Shown: positions 40,063 to 50,264 of the stretch, piece after piece | How the letters are laid out: each line of letters begins with the position of its first letter | How positions within the stretch are numbered: the first letter of the stretch is position 1 | Assembly: GCA_965218295.1 (NCBI GenBank) | Contig: CBDCKN010000003.1 | Location: 288,001 to 352,000, forward strand | Reading direction: 5' to 3' | Source of the DNA: Longimicrobiales bacterium | GTDB taxonomy: Bacteria; Gemmatimonadota; Gemmatimonadetes; Longimicrobiales; Gaopeijiaceae | Length of the DNA: 64,000 nucleotides | Made by a program: the position numbers and the translations under genes | Notes under the pieces: model-generated | What the model was told of the DNA's origin: nothing | Seen by the model: only the letters and a program-made list of their open reading frames with translations | Database searches by the model: none

Positions 40063-41886
40063 ATGAAGGAGCTCCGCACCCTCCTGCCGTACTTCCGGCC
40101 GTACCGGAAGGGTGTCGTGGCGGGGCTCGTTCTGGTGGTGATCAGCAACCTCTTCACCGTGGCCATCCCCTACCTCGTGAAGCTGGCCATCGACGGTCTG
40201 GGTGATCTCGAGGTGGCGGCTGCTCGGATCACCACCTACGCGCTGCTGATCGTCGGGGTGGCAATCCTCGGAGGGGCCGCAAAGTTCGGGATGCGTGAGA
40301 TGCTCAATGGGCTGAGCCGCCGCATCGAGTGCGATCTCCGGAATGACTTCTTCAAGCACCTCCTACGGCTGGACGCCGCATTCTACGGGTCAGTCCGCAC
40401 CGGCGACCTCATGGCGCGGGCGACCAACGACACCCTGGCGGTTCGCATGGCCGCAGGCCCGGCCATCATGTACTCGGTGAACACGGTGGTGAGCTTTCTC
40501 CTCGCCCTGGGCTTCATGCTGTGGATCAGCCCGCGCCTCACGGTCTACGCGTTGATCCCGATGGTCGTCCTCCCTCCTGTGGTCTTCGCGTTCGCTCGGG
40601 TCATCCACGCCCGGTTCGAGGAGATCCAGGAGCAGTTCTCCACCCTTTCGACGATGGTGCAGGAGAACCTGACCGGCGTGCGAATCGTCCGGGCTTACGT
40701 GCAGGAAGAGTCTCAGGCGCAGCACTTCGACGAGCTCAACCGCCAGTACATGGGACGGAACATGGGCCTGGCGAAGGTGGCGGGTCTCTTCCACCCGATC
40801 CTCGCCCTCTTCTCGGGCGCGGGCATGGTGATCGTGCTCTGGCTCGGCGGACTGGAGGTTATCGCCGGCCGCCTCACCATCGGCGCCTTCGTGGCCTTCC
40901 AGATCTATCTGGTGCTTCTCATCTGGCCACTCATCGCCCTGGGGTGGGTGGTGAACCTCTACCAGAGGGGCGCCGCAAGCATGGGCCGCATCAACAAGAT
41001 CCTGTCCACCGAGCCCGATATCCGGGCACCGGAGCATCCCACTCGCCTCGAGAAGCCTCGGGGGGAGATCGAGTTTCGGAACGTGTTCTTCCGGTATCCG
41101 GGCACCGAGCGTCTGGTCTTGGAGGACGTCTCCTTCGTGACGAAGCCCGGTGAGACCGTGGCCGTGGTAGGCCCGACCGGCGCGGGAAAGACGACCCTCG
41201 TCTCACTGATCCCGCGGATCTATGACGCCACCGAAGGCGACGTGCTGGTGGACGGGATCGGGGTCACAGAGCTGGACCCGGACGAGCTGCGCACTTTCAT
41301 CGGCATGGTGCCTCAGGAGCCGTTCCTGTTCTCCACGACGATCGAGGAGAACATCGGACTGGGCCTTCCGGGAGACGAGTGGGCGCTGGAGGAGCCCCAG
41401 GTCCACGATGCCCCGGAGGGACCGCTCGAAGATCCGGACGAGGCCGTTGCCGAAGCGGCTCGCATCGCCCAGCTCGACGAGTCGATCCGGGGCTTCCCGA
41501 AGGGCTACGGGACGTATCTGGGTGAGCGGGGCATCAATCTCTCAGGAGGACAGAAACAGCGCGCGACCCTGGCCCGTGCCGTGGCTCGCGACCCTACCAT
41601 CCTGATTCTCGACGATGCGCTGAGCACGGTCGACACCCACACGGAAGCCCTTATCCTGGACGATCTGGCTCGGGTGATGGCCGGACGGACGTCATTCATC
41701 ATCAGCCACCGGGTCTCGGCGGTCATGAACGCCGACCTCATCCTGGTCCTCGACGACAGCCGGATCGTCGAGCGGGGCCGGCATGCGGAGCTCATGGCCC
41801 TGGGCGGCACCTACGCGACACTCCTCCGCCGGCAGATGCTGGAGCAGGACATCGAGTCCACCGTGGTGGGGACCGGCGGGGACTAG
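40063..41886 (+). CDS. ABC exporter, fused TM and ATPase domains (MdlA-like)
   Basis: GPTGAGKT, LSGGQKQR, ILDD. Confidence 0.93.
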   Translation: MKELRTLLPYFRPYRKGVVAGLVLVVISNLFTVAIPYLVKLAIDGLGDLEVAAARITTYALLIVGVAILGGAAKFGMREMLNGLSRRIECDLRNDFFKHLLRLDAAFYGSVRTGDLMARATNDTLAVRMAAGPAIMYSVNTVVSFLLALGFMLWISPRLTVYALIPMVVLPPVVFAFARVIHARFEEIQEQFSTLSTMVQENLTGVRIVRAYVQEESQAQHFDELNRQYMGRNMGLAKVAGLFHPILALFSGAGMVIVLWLGGLEVIAGRLTIGAFVAFQIYLVLLIWPLIALGWVVNLYQRGAASMGRINKILSTEPDIRAPEHPTRLEKPRGEIEFRNVFFRYPGTERLVLEDVSFVTKPGETVAVVGPTGAGKTTLVSLIPRIYDATEGDVLVDGIGVTELDPDELRTFIGMVPQEPFLFSTTIEENIGLGLPGDEWALEEPQVHDAPEGPLEDPDEAVAEAARIAQLDESIRGFPKGYGTYLGERGINLSGGQKQRATLARAVARDPTILILDDALSTVDTHTEALILDDLARVMAGRTSFIISHRVSAVMNADLILVLDDSRIVERGRHAELMALGGTYATLLRRQMLEQDIESTVVGTGGD

Positions 41887-42611
41887 ATCCTCTCCAGCAC
41901 CCACTCCGGTGTGAAGCGCACCAAGTACGAGCTCAAGATCGTGAACGAGCCCGTCGCCAGCAGCAGCCCCAGGATGATGAGCATCGCACCCGAGGCCTTC
42001 TCCACGACCGGAAGGAAACGCCGGAACCTGGAGAACGCCCCCAGAAAGAGGTCCAAAGCCAGGGCAGAGATCAGGAAGGGGATGGCCAGTCCCAGGGAGT
42101 ACACGCTCAGGAGAATCACCCCCGACCAAACCGTGTCCTGCGTGCCCGCCAGGGTGAGGATGGCGCCGAGGACCGGACCGATGCAGGGCGTCCACCCTGC
42201 TCCGAAGGCAGCGCCGACACCCAGCGTGCCCACGTATCCGGCCGGCTTGTCGTTCACGTGAACCCGCCGCTCGCGCATGAGCAGAGCGATGCGGAAGACG
42301 CCTATGAGGTGGAGTCCCAGAATGATGATGAGGACGCCGCCGATTCGGGCGATCCACACCTCATAGTAGCGGAGGAACACCCCCAGGAACGAGGCCGAGG
42401 CCCCCAGCGTGATGAAGATGATGCTGAAGCCCGCCACGAAGAGAAGGGAGTGGATGAGGGTCGCCTTGCGATCCACACCCTCCTGGAGGTCCTCCAACGA
42501 CATCCCCGTCACGAACGACAGGTAGCTCGGCACCAGTGGCAGGACACACGGTGACAGGAACGACAAGATTCCCGCCATCAACGCAACGACAACACTAACC
42601 GATCCGGTCAT
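41883..42611 (-). CDS. ccdA: Cytochrome c biogenesis protein CcdA
   Basis: SFLSPCVLPL, WTPCIGP. Confidence 0.93.
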   Translation of the reverse strand: MTGSVSVVVALMAGILSFLSPCVLPLVPSYLSFVTGMSLEDLQEGVDRKATLIHSLLFVAGFSIIFITLGASASFLGVFLRYYEVWIARIGGVLIIILGLHLIGVFRIALLMRERRVHVNDKPAGYVGTLGVGAAFGAGWTPCIGPVLGAILTLAGTQDTVWSGVILLSVYSLGLAIPFLISALALDLFLGAFSRFRRFLPVVEKASGAMLIILGLLLATGSFTILSSYLVRFTPEWVLERI

Positions 42612-44262
42612 CTATCTTCCTGGTGCTTCCACTCTCGATGGGCTCGGAAGCCATGTCGTCCGCACCCTCGGCAGCCACGTATCGGGCACGCATCCGGTGC
42701 CAGATGGCCCGAACACCCGTGACCACCCCCAGCCACAACAGTACGAACGCCCCGGCCCACCCGAACGCTCTCGGGAAGAAGCCGACGATGGCGGCGGCCG
42801 AGATCGCCATGACCGAGACGGTCCCGAGGATTGTGCGATCCTCCCGCCCCAAGGTGCGGTGTCCGGCCAGAGCTCCGCCGAAGGAAGCGCCGGCGCGCAT
42901 GAAGTGGGCGAGCCGCCACGGTCTGGTGGTGCGTCCCGTCTCCATCAGGGCTTCGAGCCGCCGAGTCAGTCCTCCCTCAGGCTCGAGCGAGGTCTGGGGA
43001 ATCCCGCTGAGTGTGGGTAGGTGCTCGGCCTGCGTAACGGTGTGTATGCTTCGACTCCCGGGGAGCACGATCTCGGACGAAGACGCCAGGTCCGCGAGGA
43101 ACAGGCCCTCGAGCTGCCCGGCAAGTGACGCATCCATAACGCCGACGTCTATCTCCCAGTTCCCCAGGAGACTCCAGGCGTTCAGGTTGCTGGAGCCCAC
43201 GCGACACCAGAGTCCGTCGGCCACTGCGGTCTTCGCGTGGATCATGGGACCCTGCCACTCGAAGAGGCGAACTCCGTGATCCAGCAAGTGACGGTATCCG
43301 GCCCTCGACAGGCTTCCAACCAGAGGCCAGTTGTTGTTCGCAGGCACCAGTAGCCGGACGTCGACTCCCGCGTGGGCCGCCTCGGTCATGGCCTCGGCGA
43401 CGATGCCTGGAGCCACGAAGTAGGGATCCGTGATCCACAGGCGCTCCTGGGCCATGGCGGCCACGAGGGTGAGGGTCCGCATCACCCGGCTTCGCCGGGG
43501 CTCGCCCTCGATCAGCCAGACGGACGTGTCCCCTGCCGGGTCCGTCCGCCCCTCCAGGGCATGGCTCGGGAGGGGCTCCCCCATGACGTCCCATATGCGC
43601 CCGAAGGCCCGGGCAGCCACCCCGGCCGCCGGTCCTCGGACCTCCACCCCGGTGTCACGCCAGGGAGGCTCGTCACCACTGCCCGCCCACTCCTGGCCCA
43701 CACAGAAGCCCCCGGCGAATGCCACCTCGCCATCCACGACCACTAACTTCCGGTGATCCCGCTGGAAGATGCCGTAGGGGTCACGAACGGACGGGCGGTT
43801 GAAGGCCCGAACCTCGATGCCCGCCTGCCGGAACGGCTTCCAATAGCGGCGAGGCGTCGCCCAGCAGCCCAACCAGTCGTAGAGCAACCGGACTTCGATG
43901 CCCTGCCGTGCCTTCTCGATCAGGACGTCACGGAAGACCCGTCCGACGTTGTCGTTCCTGAGGATGTAGTTCTCGAAGTGGACGTACCGCTTGGCGCCCT
44001 CGATGGCTTCGATCCAGGCATCGAACGTGGCGGGGCCGTCGAACTGGAGCCCCACTGCGTTTCCCGCGATCTCCGGCGATCCTGTGGCACGGGCGAGCAT
44101 GTCCGCACTCATCCCCGGCAAACCACCTCTTGCGGAGGCCGAGGATTCGGCCACGGGCTGGCGTGACGCTCCACCCCCGGTGGGGGCAGGCCCTTCCGGC
44201 ATTGACGGGATCGCGGTGTCCTCAGGTGGATTCATCGAGACCGTTGGTTGACGGATTGTCAC
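42595..44262 (-). CDS. Cardiolipin synthase / phospholipase D family
   Basis: Two HKD motifs (HRKLVVVD, HAKTAVAD); start uncertain. Confidence 0.9.
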   Translation of the reverse strand: MTIRQPTVSMNPPEDTAIPSMPEGPAPTGGGASRQPVAESSASARGGLPGMSADMLARATGSPEIAGNAVGLQFDGPATFDAWIEAIEGAKRYVHFENYILRNDNVGRVFRDVLIEKARQGIEVRLLYDWLGCWATPRRYWKPFRQAGIEVRAFNRPSVRDPYGIFQRDHRKLVVVDGEVAFAGGFCVGQEWAGSGDEPPWRDTGVEVRGPAAGVAARAFGRIWDVMGEPLPSHALEGRTDPAGDTSVWLIEGEPRRSRVMRTLTLVAAMAQERLWITDPYFVAPGIVAEAMTEAAHAGVDVRLLVPANNNWPLVGSLSRAGYRHLLDHGVRLFEWQGPMIHAKTAVADGLWCRVGSSNLNAWSLLGNWEIDVGVMDASLAGQLEGLFLADLASSSEIVLPGSRSIHTVTQAEHLPTLSGIPQTSLEPEGGLTRRLEALMETGRTTRPWRLAHFMRAGASFGGALAGHRTLGREDRTILGTVSVMAISAAAIVGFFPRAFGWAGAFVLLWLGVVTGVRAIWHRMRARYVAAEGADDMASEPIESGSTRKIDDRIG

Positions 44263-45236
44263 TCGCCTTCGAAGCGGTACCCAATGAGCTTATACACCAG
44301 CTTGGCCACCAGGAAGTCCGGGGCGTGCACGCCGGGAGTGGGGGCGAGCTCCACCACGTCGCAGGCGACGACTCTTCTCTCGCGGAACACGCGCCTCAGG
44401 AAGCGGAGGGTCCGATACCAGTCCCCTCCCCCCGGCTCCGGAGTTCCCGTGGAAGGCACCAGGGAGGGGTCGAAGTAGTCCACGTCGAAGGTCAGGTAGA
44501 CCGAGTCGCCCAGGGCTGCCAGGGCGCGATCCATCCAGGCGTCATCCTCCCACATCTCGTCGGCCCAGATCAGGGTGATCCCCTCGTTGGCGTCGGCCAC
44601 CTCCACCTCTTCCTCGCTCACCCCCCGGACTCCCACCGACACCACGTCCGCCACGTCCAGGACGCGGGCCATGGCGCAGGCATGCGAGTGGGCCGAGCCT
44701 TCGAACTCGGCTCGGAGGTCCGCGTGTGCGTCGAGCTGAAGGACGTTGAGGCGCCCAACCCGAGCGGCCTGGGCTCGGATGGCCGGAGCGGAGACGGTGT
44801 GTTCCCCGCCGAGCATGATCAGGAACCGGTCCTGGGCTACTTCCGCCACTCGGGCGTACGCGCTCCCCAGCTCGGCCATGGCGGCAGGGGCACCGTCACG
44901 GCTCAACTCCAGAGCCGGAAGTGTATGGATCCCCACCGTCGAAGGGTTAGTCCCGAGCTCCTGGTCGAAGAGCTCTATGTACCGTGACGCCTCGATGATG
45001 GCGCCGGGCCCGCTTCGTGCTCCGCCCCCGTAGCTGGTCGTGGTCTCGCAGGGGACGGGTAGGATCACGGCCCTGCACTTCCCGAAGTCGGTGGCCTCCT
45101 CGTCCAGCCCCAGGAAGGTGTGCGGCAGCTCCCACGGTAGATCCAAAAGCCCCGGAGGCAGCCGTCCTGGCTGCTCTGGATCGCCCTCGGGCTCGAAGCC
45201 TCGACCGGGAGTTCGGAAAGATCGGCGATTGGGCAC
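44259..45236 (-). CDS. speB: Agmatinase
   Basis: GGEH, DAHAD, FDVD, TGTPEPGG; start uncertain. Confidence 0.88.
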   Translation of the reverse strand: MPNRRSFRTPGRGFEPEGDPEQPGRLPPGLLDLPWELPHTFLGLDEEATDFGKCRAVILPVPCETTTSYGGGARSGPGAIIEASRYIELFDQELGTNPSTVGIHTLPALELSRDGAPAAMAELGSAYARVAEVAQDRFLIMLGGEHTVSAPAIRAQAARVGRLNVLQLDAHADLRAEFEGSAHSHACAMARVLDVADVVSVGVRGVSEEEVEVADANEGITLIWADEMWEDDAWMDRALAALGDSVYLTFDVDYFDPSLVPSTGTPEPGGGDWYRTLRFLRRVFRERRVVACDVVELAPTPGVHAPDFLVAKLVYKLIGYRFEGE

Positions 45237-45258
45237 GGAAGGGATGTGGTGGGTGCTG

Positions 45259-45759
45259 CTACAGGGCCTCGATGGGGCAGGACAGCCCCTCGGGCGTGAG
45301 CTCGATCCCGGCCTCCGAGCACTCTTTGCAGAGCCCGTAGATCTCCAGCTTGTGGTGGGCGGGCCGAAAGCCGTGTCGTGCGGTGACGAGGGCCTCGATC
45401 CGGGGAAGATCCGGGCTCTGGAACTCGAGGACCCTGCCACAGTTGAGGCAGATCAGATGCTCGTGAATCGGCTGCGGCGAAAGGCGGTGCTCGTACCGCT
45501 TGAAGCCCTCTCCGAAATCATGCTCGGCCACCAGCTTGCTCTTCACGAGCAGGTCCAGCGTCCGGTAGATGGTTGCCTTTCCGATGCGCTGCCCGCTCGA
45601 GCGAAGGACTCGCTCGATCTCGTCCACCGAGAGGTGCTCGTCCGAGCCGAAGACGACCTTCGCCACAGCCTCCCGTTGAGGTGTGACGGGCAGGCCCTGC
45701 TCCCTCAGGTAGCGTCCGAAGAGTCGGACGAAGGGTGACGGATCGTGGAGCGTCTTCAC
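45259..45759 (-). CDS. fur: Fur-family regulator
   Basis: TPQR, ATIYRTL, HEHLICLNCG, GLCKEC. Confidence 0.92.
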   Translation of the reverse strand: MKTLHDPSPFVRLFGRYLREQGLPVTPQREAVAKVVFGSDEHLSVDEIERVLRSSGQRIGKATIYRTLDLLVKSKLVAEHDFGEGFKRYEHRLSPQPIHEHLICLNCGRVLEFQSPDLPRIEALVTARHGFRPAHHKLEIYGLCKECSEAGIELTPEGLSCPIEAL

Positions 45760-46151
45760 GTCTCACTGTTCTCCAGAAGCGACGGGTCGAACTCGTTCAT
45801 CAACTCCTGAAACTTGTCGGGGTCGCCGGCGATCTCCACCGTCCGCGGCTCACCGAGGTCGACTTGGCTTCTCCGTACTACCCCGATCATGACCCGGGGG
45901 AGCCGATCGGGCGGTGCCTGGCCTTCGTCAGCCATCCCCGCGTCCACGGTAAGGCTCGTTCCCGATCTCTCCGCCGAGTACTGGGCCGTGTAGAGGCGCC
46001 TCGCGCCGCCGTCGGCGAAGCAGCTGGCGGCAACGAGGCCCCATTCCTTCCTTCCGCGAATCAGCGGAGGGAATACCCAGAGGCGGTCGATCTCTCCGGC
46101 GCCCAGGCTGCGAGCCACCAACTGTAGCGTCCTCGGGATGGCCTCCGGCAC
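45756..46151 (-). CDS. Hypothetical protein
   Basis: Coupled to fur by a GTGA overlap; start uncertain. Confidence 0.65.
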   Translation of the reverse strand: MPEAIPRTLQLVARSLGAGEIDRLWVFPPLIRGRKEWGLVAASCFADGGARRLYTAQYSAERSGTSLTVDAGMADEGQAPPDRLPRVMIGVVRRSQVDLGEPRTVEIAGDPDKFQELMNEFDPSLLENSET

Positions 46152-46253
46152 TCCCGGACCACGATCATCCTTCACAAAGTCTCTCCACGCTGCATGCCCG
46201 GGGAGACGCGGCTTCCACCGGGGAGGCGACATTGCCCGGCTAACGCTTATATC

Positions 46254-47279
46254 CTACCCCTCGGCGCCCAATAGCTCCACGGCCGCGAGGGTCGCGGCTA
46301 CGACCTCGCTGCGGACCTGCTCCAGCTTCCCCTCCACCAGCGCCCCGGAAGCGCGGACGTGACCGCCACCCGCGAAGCGGCGGGCCAGCTCGTTCACGTC
46401 CACTGCTCCGTTGGAGCGGAACGAGACCTTGATACCACCTTTGGTCGTTCTCCGGAAGAGGAGACCGACCTCCACCCCCTCCACGGAGCGTGGGTAGTCC
46501 ACCAGTCCCTCGATGTCGTCGGAGGTGGCGCCCAGCTCCTCGTAATCCTTGGACGGCACGGTCATCCATGCGACTCGGGAGCCGGGGTCGACTTCGAGCT
46601 CTCCGAGGGCACTCTGGAGCAGCCGCAGCCGTCGAGGCGAAGAGGTACCGTAGACACGGCGGTACGTGTCCTCGGGGCTCACGCCCCGCTGGAGAAGCTC
46701 GGCCACGATGTTGTGGCTCGCCGGAGTGGAGTTGCTGAAGCGAAACGATCCGGTGTCGGTGAGGATGGCCACGTACACGGCCAGGTCGGCCGCAGCGGGC
46801 CACGGTCCCCCGGCCCTCAGGATGATATCGAACACGAGCTCGCCCGTGGCGCACGCAGTGGGATCGCGGAACGAGACCCCCGCGATGGGCTGATCTCCGG
46901 GAGGGTGGTGGTCGACGACGATCGTGGTGAGCCCGTCGATGAGCGGCTTTACTCGCCCGATGCGCGGCGCCTCACCCGTGTCCAGCACGAGGGCTACGTC
47001 GGCGCCGTCACAGAGCTCCCGAGCCTCCGGTGCCGACGGATTCACCACCCACGACTCGTCCGGGACGACGAAGCGGAGCGACTGCGGCACCGGGGTCGGA
47101 TTCACGATATGCGCTTCGGTCCCCCGGGAGCGCAGCCAAGCAGCCAGCGCAACCTCGGATCCGATACCATCCCCGTCAGCGTTGATATGCGTGGTGAGGA
47201 TGGCCGTCTCTATTCCGTCCAAGGCGTCCAGGACCGCCTCGACGGCTGTGGACCTGGATTCTGGAGTCTGGTAGGTCAT
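46254..47279 (-). CDS. nrnA: DHH/DHHA1 oligoribonuclease / pAp phosphatase
   Basis: HINADGD, DHH, TDTGSF, GGGH. Confidence 0.9.
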   Translation of the reverse strand: MTYQTPESRSTAVEAVLDALDGIETAILTTHINADGDGIGSEVALAAWLRSRGTEAHIVNPTPVPQSLRFVVPDESWVVNPSAPEARELCDGADVALVLDTGEAPRIGRVKPLIDGLTTIVVDHHPPGDQPIAGVSFRDPTACATGELVFDIILRAGGPWPAAADLAVYVAILTDTGSFRFSNSTPASHNIVAELLQRGVSPEDTYRRVYGTSSPRRLRLLQSALGELEVDPGSRVAWMTVPSKDYEELGATSDDIEGLVDYPRSVEGVEVGLLFRRTTKGGIKVSFRSNGAVDVNELARRFAGGGHVRASGALVEGKLEQVRSEVVAATLAAVELLGAEG

Positions 47280-47289
47280 GGACCGATCG

Positions 47290-49179
47290 CTATCCCGAGA
47301 AGGGCAGTCGCTTCCTCACATTGGCCCACGTGGAGGCCAGGTGCACGGACCAGGGAGTCGTGACACCGCTGATTCGCGCCCCCGCCAGGGCTTCCAGGAA
47401 GGCCGCCGGCTCGTTCGGATGATCCGCCACTTCCACGAACGCCCCCGCAACCTCGCCCACGGTGTGAGCGTCGGAGCCGGCCCCCCTCGCCTTGTCCCAA
47501 CGGGCCGCCAACTCCTCTCCGGGCTCGTTCAGCCTGCCCGGGTGAAGCCGCGCGTTGAAAACCTCGACCACATCGACCAATGGAGCAAGCTCTTCGGCGT
47601 AGCGGCCCGATGCGCCCTTGCCGCGGGCGTAGGGGTGCGGGAGGTACACGATGCCCCCCTGCTCACGGACCAGACGGCAGACCTCCCTGGCGGACATCCC
47701 TTTGGGAATCTCCTCCCGGAGGTAGAGACCGATCACGTCGATCCCCTCGGCTGTCTTCACCTCCTCGCCGGGGATCACCGCATCCGGAAACGCCTTCGCC
47801 ATCTCCAGCGCCAGGGCCAGGCGGTTGTGATCGGTGATGGCGATGCGCTGAACCCCCTTCGCTCTGGCCGCGTCGATGACCCGGCGCGGATCGGAGAGAC
47901 AGTCGAAGGAGGCCCGCGTGTGGAGGTGCATGTCGATCCTGATGCGTCCCGAGGGCGGGCTCTGCCCCGCTCGGGCCTCCTTCCGCATCCGAGCCAGGAG
48001 CCGGGAAGCCGAGTCCTCCAGCTCGTCGAGCGTGCCCTCGTTGACCAGCACGTGATCGGCCCTGTCTCGCTTGAGGCCGGGCTCCATCTGGCTGGCCATG
48101 ATGCTGCGTGCTTCCTTGGCGTCGAGGCCTCGCTCGCCGGTGAGCCGAGCGAGCCGCACGTCTTCCGGAGCGTCCACCAGGACGGTCACGTCGAAGTCAT
48201 CTTCGAGGCCGGCCTCGAACAGGAGGGGTACCTCCGATACAGTGAGCGAGGCGCCCTCCGCGAGCCGTTCCCTCATCCACCGGTCCCGCAGCACCCAGAT
48301 ACGTGGATGGAGGATCGCTTCGAGGGTGGCTCGCGCCTCCTCGTCCTGGAACACTCGGGCCCCGAGGGCGGTCCTGTCCAGGGAGCCGTCTTCATTCAGT
48401 ACTCCTTCCCCGAAGACCTCCACGACGGCCGCCAGGCCCGGGCTCCCCGGCTTCACCGCCTCCCGGGACAGCTCGTCGGCGCTGATCACGGGCACTCCAT
48501 CCTCCGCCCAACACCCGCCAACCGCCGACTTGCCGGCCGCAACGTTTCCGGTGAGCCCGATGGACACCGGGCCCGGGGCGCTCGACGACCCGAGGACGCG
48601 ACCCTTGACCGCCAGAAACAGCACCACCGCGATGACGGCCACGATGGCAGCCCATCCCATGCCCAGGAATTCTACGCTCACCTGCCAACCCCGCGCGGCG
48701 CCAAAGGCGAAACCCAAGCCCAAGACCCCCCAGGCGGCGATGCCCAGGAAGTCGAACACGAGAAAGCGCCGATAGGAAATTCGTGTCGAGCCGGCGGCCA
48801 GGGGCATGAGGGTGCGTGCGAACGGGATAATGCGGGCGAGGCTGATGGAGAGCACGCCGTGCCTCTCGAAGAGGGCCGAACTCCGATCCTGGTGGCGCCG
48901 GGCGCTCCTGGCCAGACGGCCTTTGCTCCGCAAGAAGCGACGACCTCCGAAGCGTCCCAGCATGAAACCGCATGAGTCACCAAGTGCGGCGCCCACCAGG
49001 GCGGCAACCACCACCGCCCCGAAGCTGAAGTGACCCTCGAGGGCGAAAGCCGTGGCGACGATGATGGTCGGCTCCGCCGGCAGAACGAGACCGATGATGA
49101 GAGCGGTCTCGAACATGGCCATGGCTCCCACGAACAGAGGACCGTAGACCGCCATATTAGCGCCGATCCACTCGATCAT
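47290..49179 (-). CDS. coaE: DedA - dephospho-CoA kinase - PHP fusion protein
   Basis: DedA (LPAE, GD..GF..GR, ARIIPFAR), CoaE (GLTGNVAAGKS, HP, VPLLFE), PHP (DMHLHT, TDHN, HP, GSDAH) in one 629-aa ORF. Confidence 0.85.
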   Translation of the reverse strand: MIEWIGANMAVYGPLFVGAMAMFETALIIGLVLPAEPTIIVATAFALEGHFSFGAVVVAALVGAALGDSCGFMLGRFGGRRFLRSKGRLARSARRHQDRSSALFERHGVLSISLARIIPFARTLMPLAAGSTRISYRRFLVFDFLGIAAWGVLGLGFAFGAARGWQVSVEFLGMGWAAIVAVIAVVLFLAVKGRVLGSSSAPGPVSIGLTGNVAAGKSAVGGCWAEDGVPVISADELSREAVKPGSPGLAAVVEVFGEGVLNEDGSLDRTALGARVFQDEEARATLEAILHPRIWVLRDRWMRERLAEGASLTVSEVPLLFEAGLEDDFDVTVLVDAPEDVRLARLTGERGLDAKEARSIMASQMEPGLKRDRADHVLVNEGTLDELEDSASRLLARMRKEARAGQSPPSGRIRIDMHLHTRASFDCLSDPRRVIDAARAKGVQRIAITDHNRLALALEMAKAFPDAVIPGEEVKTAEGIDVIGLYLREEIPKGMSAREVCRLVREQGGIVYLPHPYARGKGASGRYAEELAPLVDVVEVFNARLHPGRLNEPGEELAARWDKARGAGSDAHTVGEVAGAFVEVADHPNEPAAFLEALAGARISGVTTPWSVHLASTWANVRKRLPFSG

Positions 49180-49242
49180 GGCGCGGGAATCACCGGGACC
49201 GGGTCCGGGCGGGTCGGGCGAATAGGGCGGCCGGTGAAGCCG

Positions 49243-49410
49243 CTAGTGTTCCGTTGCCGAAGTTCGCGAGCCACCAAGAGGGTCGGGGCGCCGTGGGATC
49301 AAGGCGGGACGACGCGGCGCAGCGCAAGCTACGGCAAGGAGTCCCAACGCCGAGCCCACGGATGCACCGTGCCCTCGACTGGCCGAGATACTTCGGCAAC
49401 GGGACGCTAG
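49243..49410. mobile_element. MITE family A, longest copy (168 bp)
   Basis: TIR CTAGTGTTCCGTTGCCGAAGT / ACTTCGGCAACGGGACGCTAG (19 of 21 match). Confidence 0.8.
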
Positions 49411-49778
49411 AACGGGCGGCGCTTGGAGACGCGAAGGTCGTCTTGGCTCCCTATCTCCCCGTCCGGCCCGTAGGAGTGGATCGCGAAAGAGTCGGCCCAC
49501 GACTGGTAGCTGTAGGCCCGTCCCCAGGGATCGATGCCAGCGTCTCCGGAGAAGTTGGTCTCCAGCCAGGCACTCCACTCGCGGCGATTCGGAAGTCGAT
49601 ACGTCTCGCGCTGCTGCCTCCGGACGGCTCTGGACAGATCCTCCATCTCCCGCTCCGCATTCCAGACGAGAACGGGTTGGAGAACCGGCATGGCCTTGTC
49701 GATCATCGCCTGGCGACTGTCGGGAAAATACAACGCCGCGACGAAGCCGAAGATGACCATGAGAACGAGTTTGCTCAC
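49407..49778 (-). CDS. GspG-like (T2SS pseudopilin domain) small protein
   Basis: DPWGRAY, SYGPDG..G..DD; N-terminal TM. Confidence 0.75.
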   Translation of the reverse strand: MSKLVLMVIFGFVAALYFPDSRQAMIDKAMPVLQPVLVWNAEREMEDLSRAVRRQQRETYRLPNRREWSAWLETNFSGDAGIDPWGRAYSYQSWADSFAIHSYGPDGEIGSQDDLRVSKRRPF

Positions 49779-50071
49779 GGCGCCGTCTTCACTTTCATGC
49801 GCTTCCGCTTCCTGCGCTTCCGCATCTCAGACCCCCAGCGGATATACCGCTCCATCTCTGCCAGGGGAGGCACCGCCTCCGCATCCCCGTATGCGGTCTC
49901 CATCCGCCATTTCATGTAGCTTCTCGGCGGAATGGGGAGGAAGGGGGGCCGCAAGTACCATCCATTCGACCGGAACGCCCAGGCTGTGCCCAGAAGTCCC
50001 TGGATGAGCAAAGGCTTTCGAATCGCTGCCTTCGCCAGCCGTATGTATATCGATTCCAAGCGGATTCTCAC
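49775..50071 (-). CDS. Hypothetical protein
   Basis: W..RPPFLP.P...Y..WRMETAYG; overlaps the next start. Confidence 0.6.
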   Translation of the reverse strand: MRIRLESIYIRLAKAAIRKPLLIQGLLGTAWAFRSNGWYLRPPFLPIPPRSYMKWRMETAYGDAEAVPPLAEMERYIRWGSEMRKRRKRKRMKVKTAP

Positions 50072-50264
50072 GGTTGCGGAGCCGTCGAAAACGCGTCCGT
50101 AAACATTTGATACAAGAATCTACGTGCGCCCCAGAACGAATTCAACGATCATAGTTCCCGAGAAGCTCCCCCGCTTGCCGGGAAAGCCGTGAGCTTTCTG
50201 GGGTAGGTGGCCTGATCAAGCGGCCTCGACTAAGGTGTCTTCTCGTCAGAGCCCGGGAGTCCCA

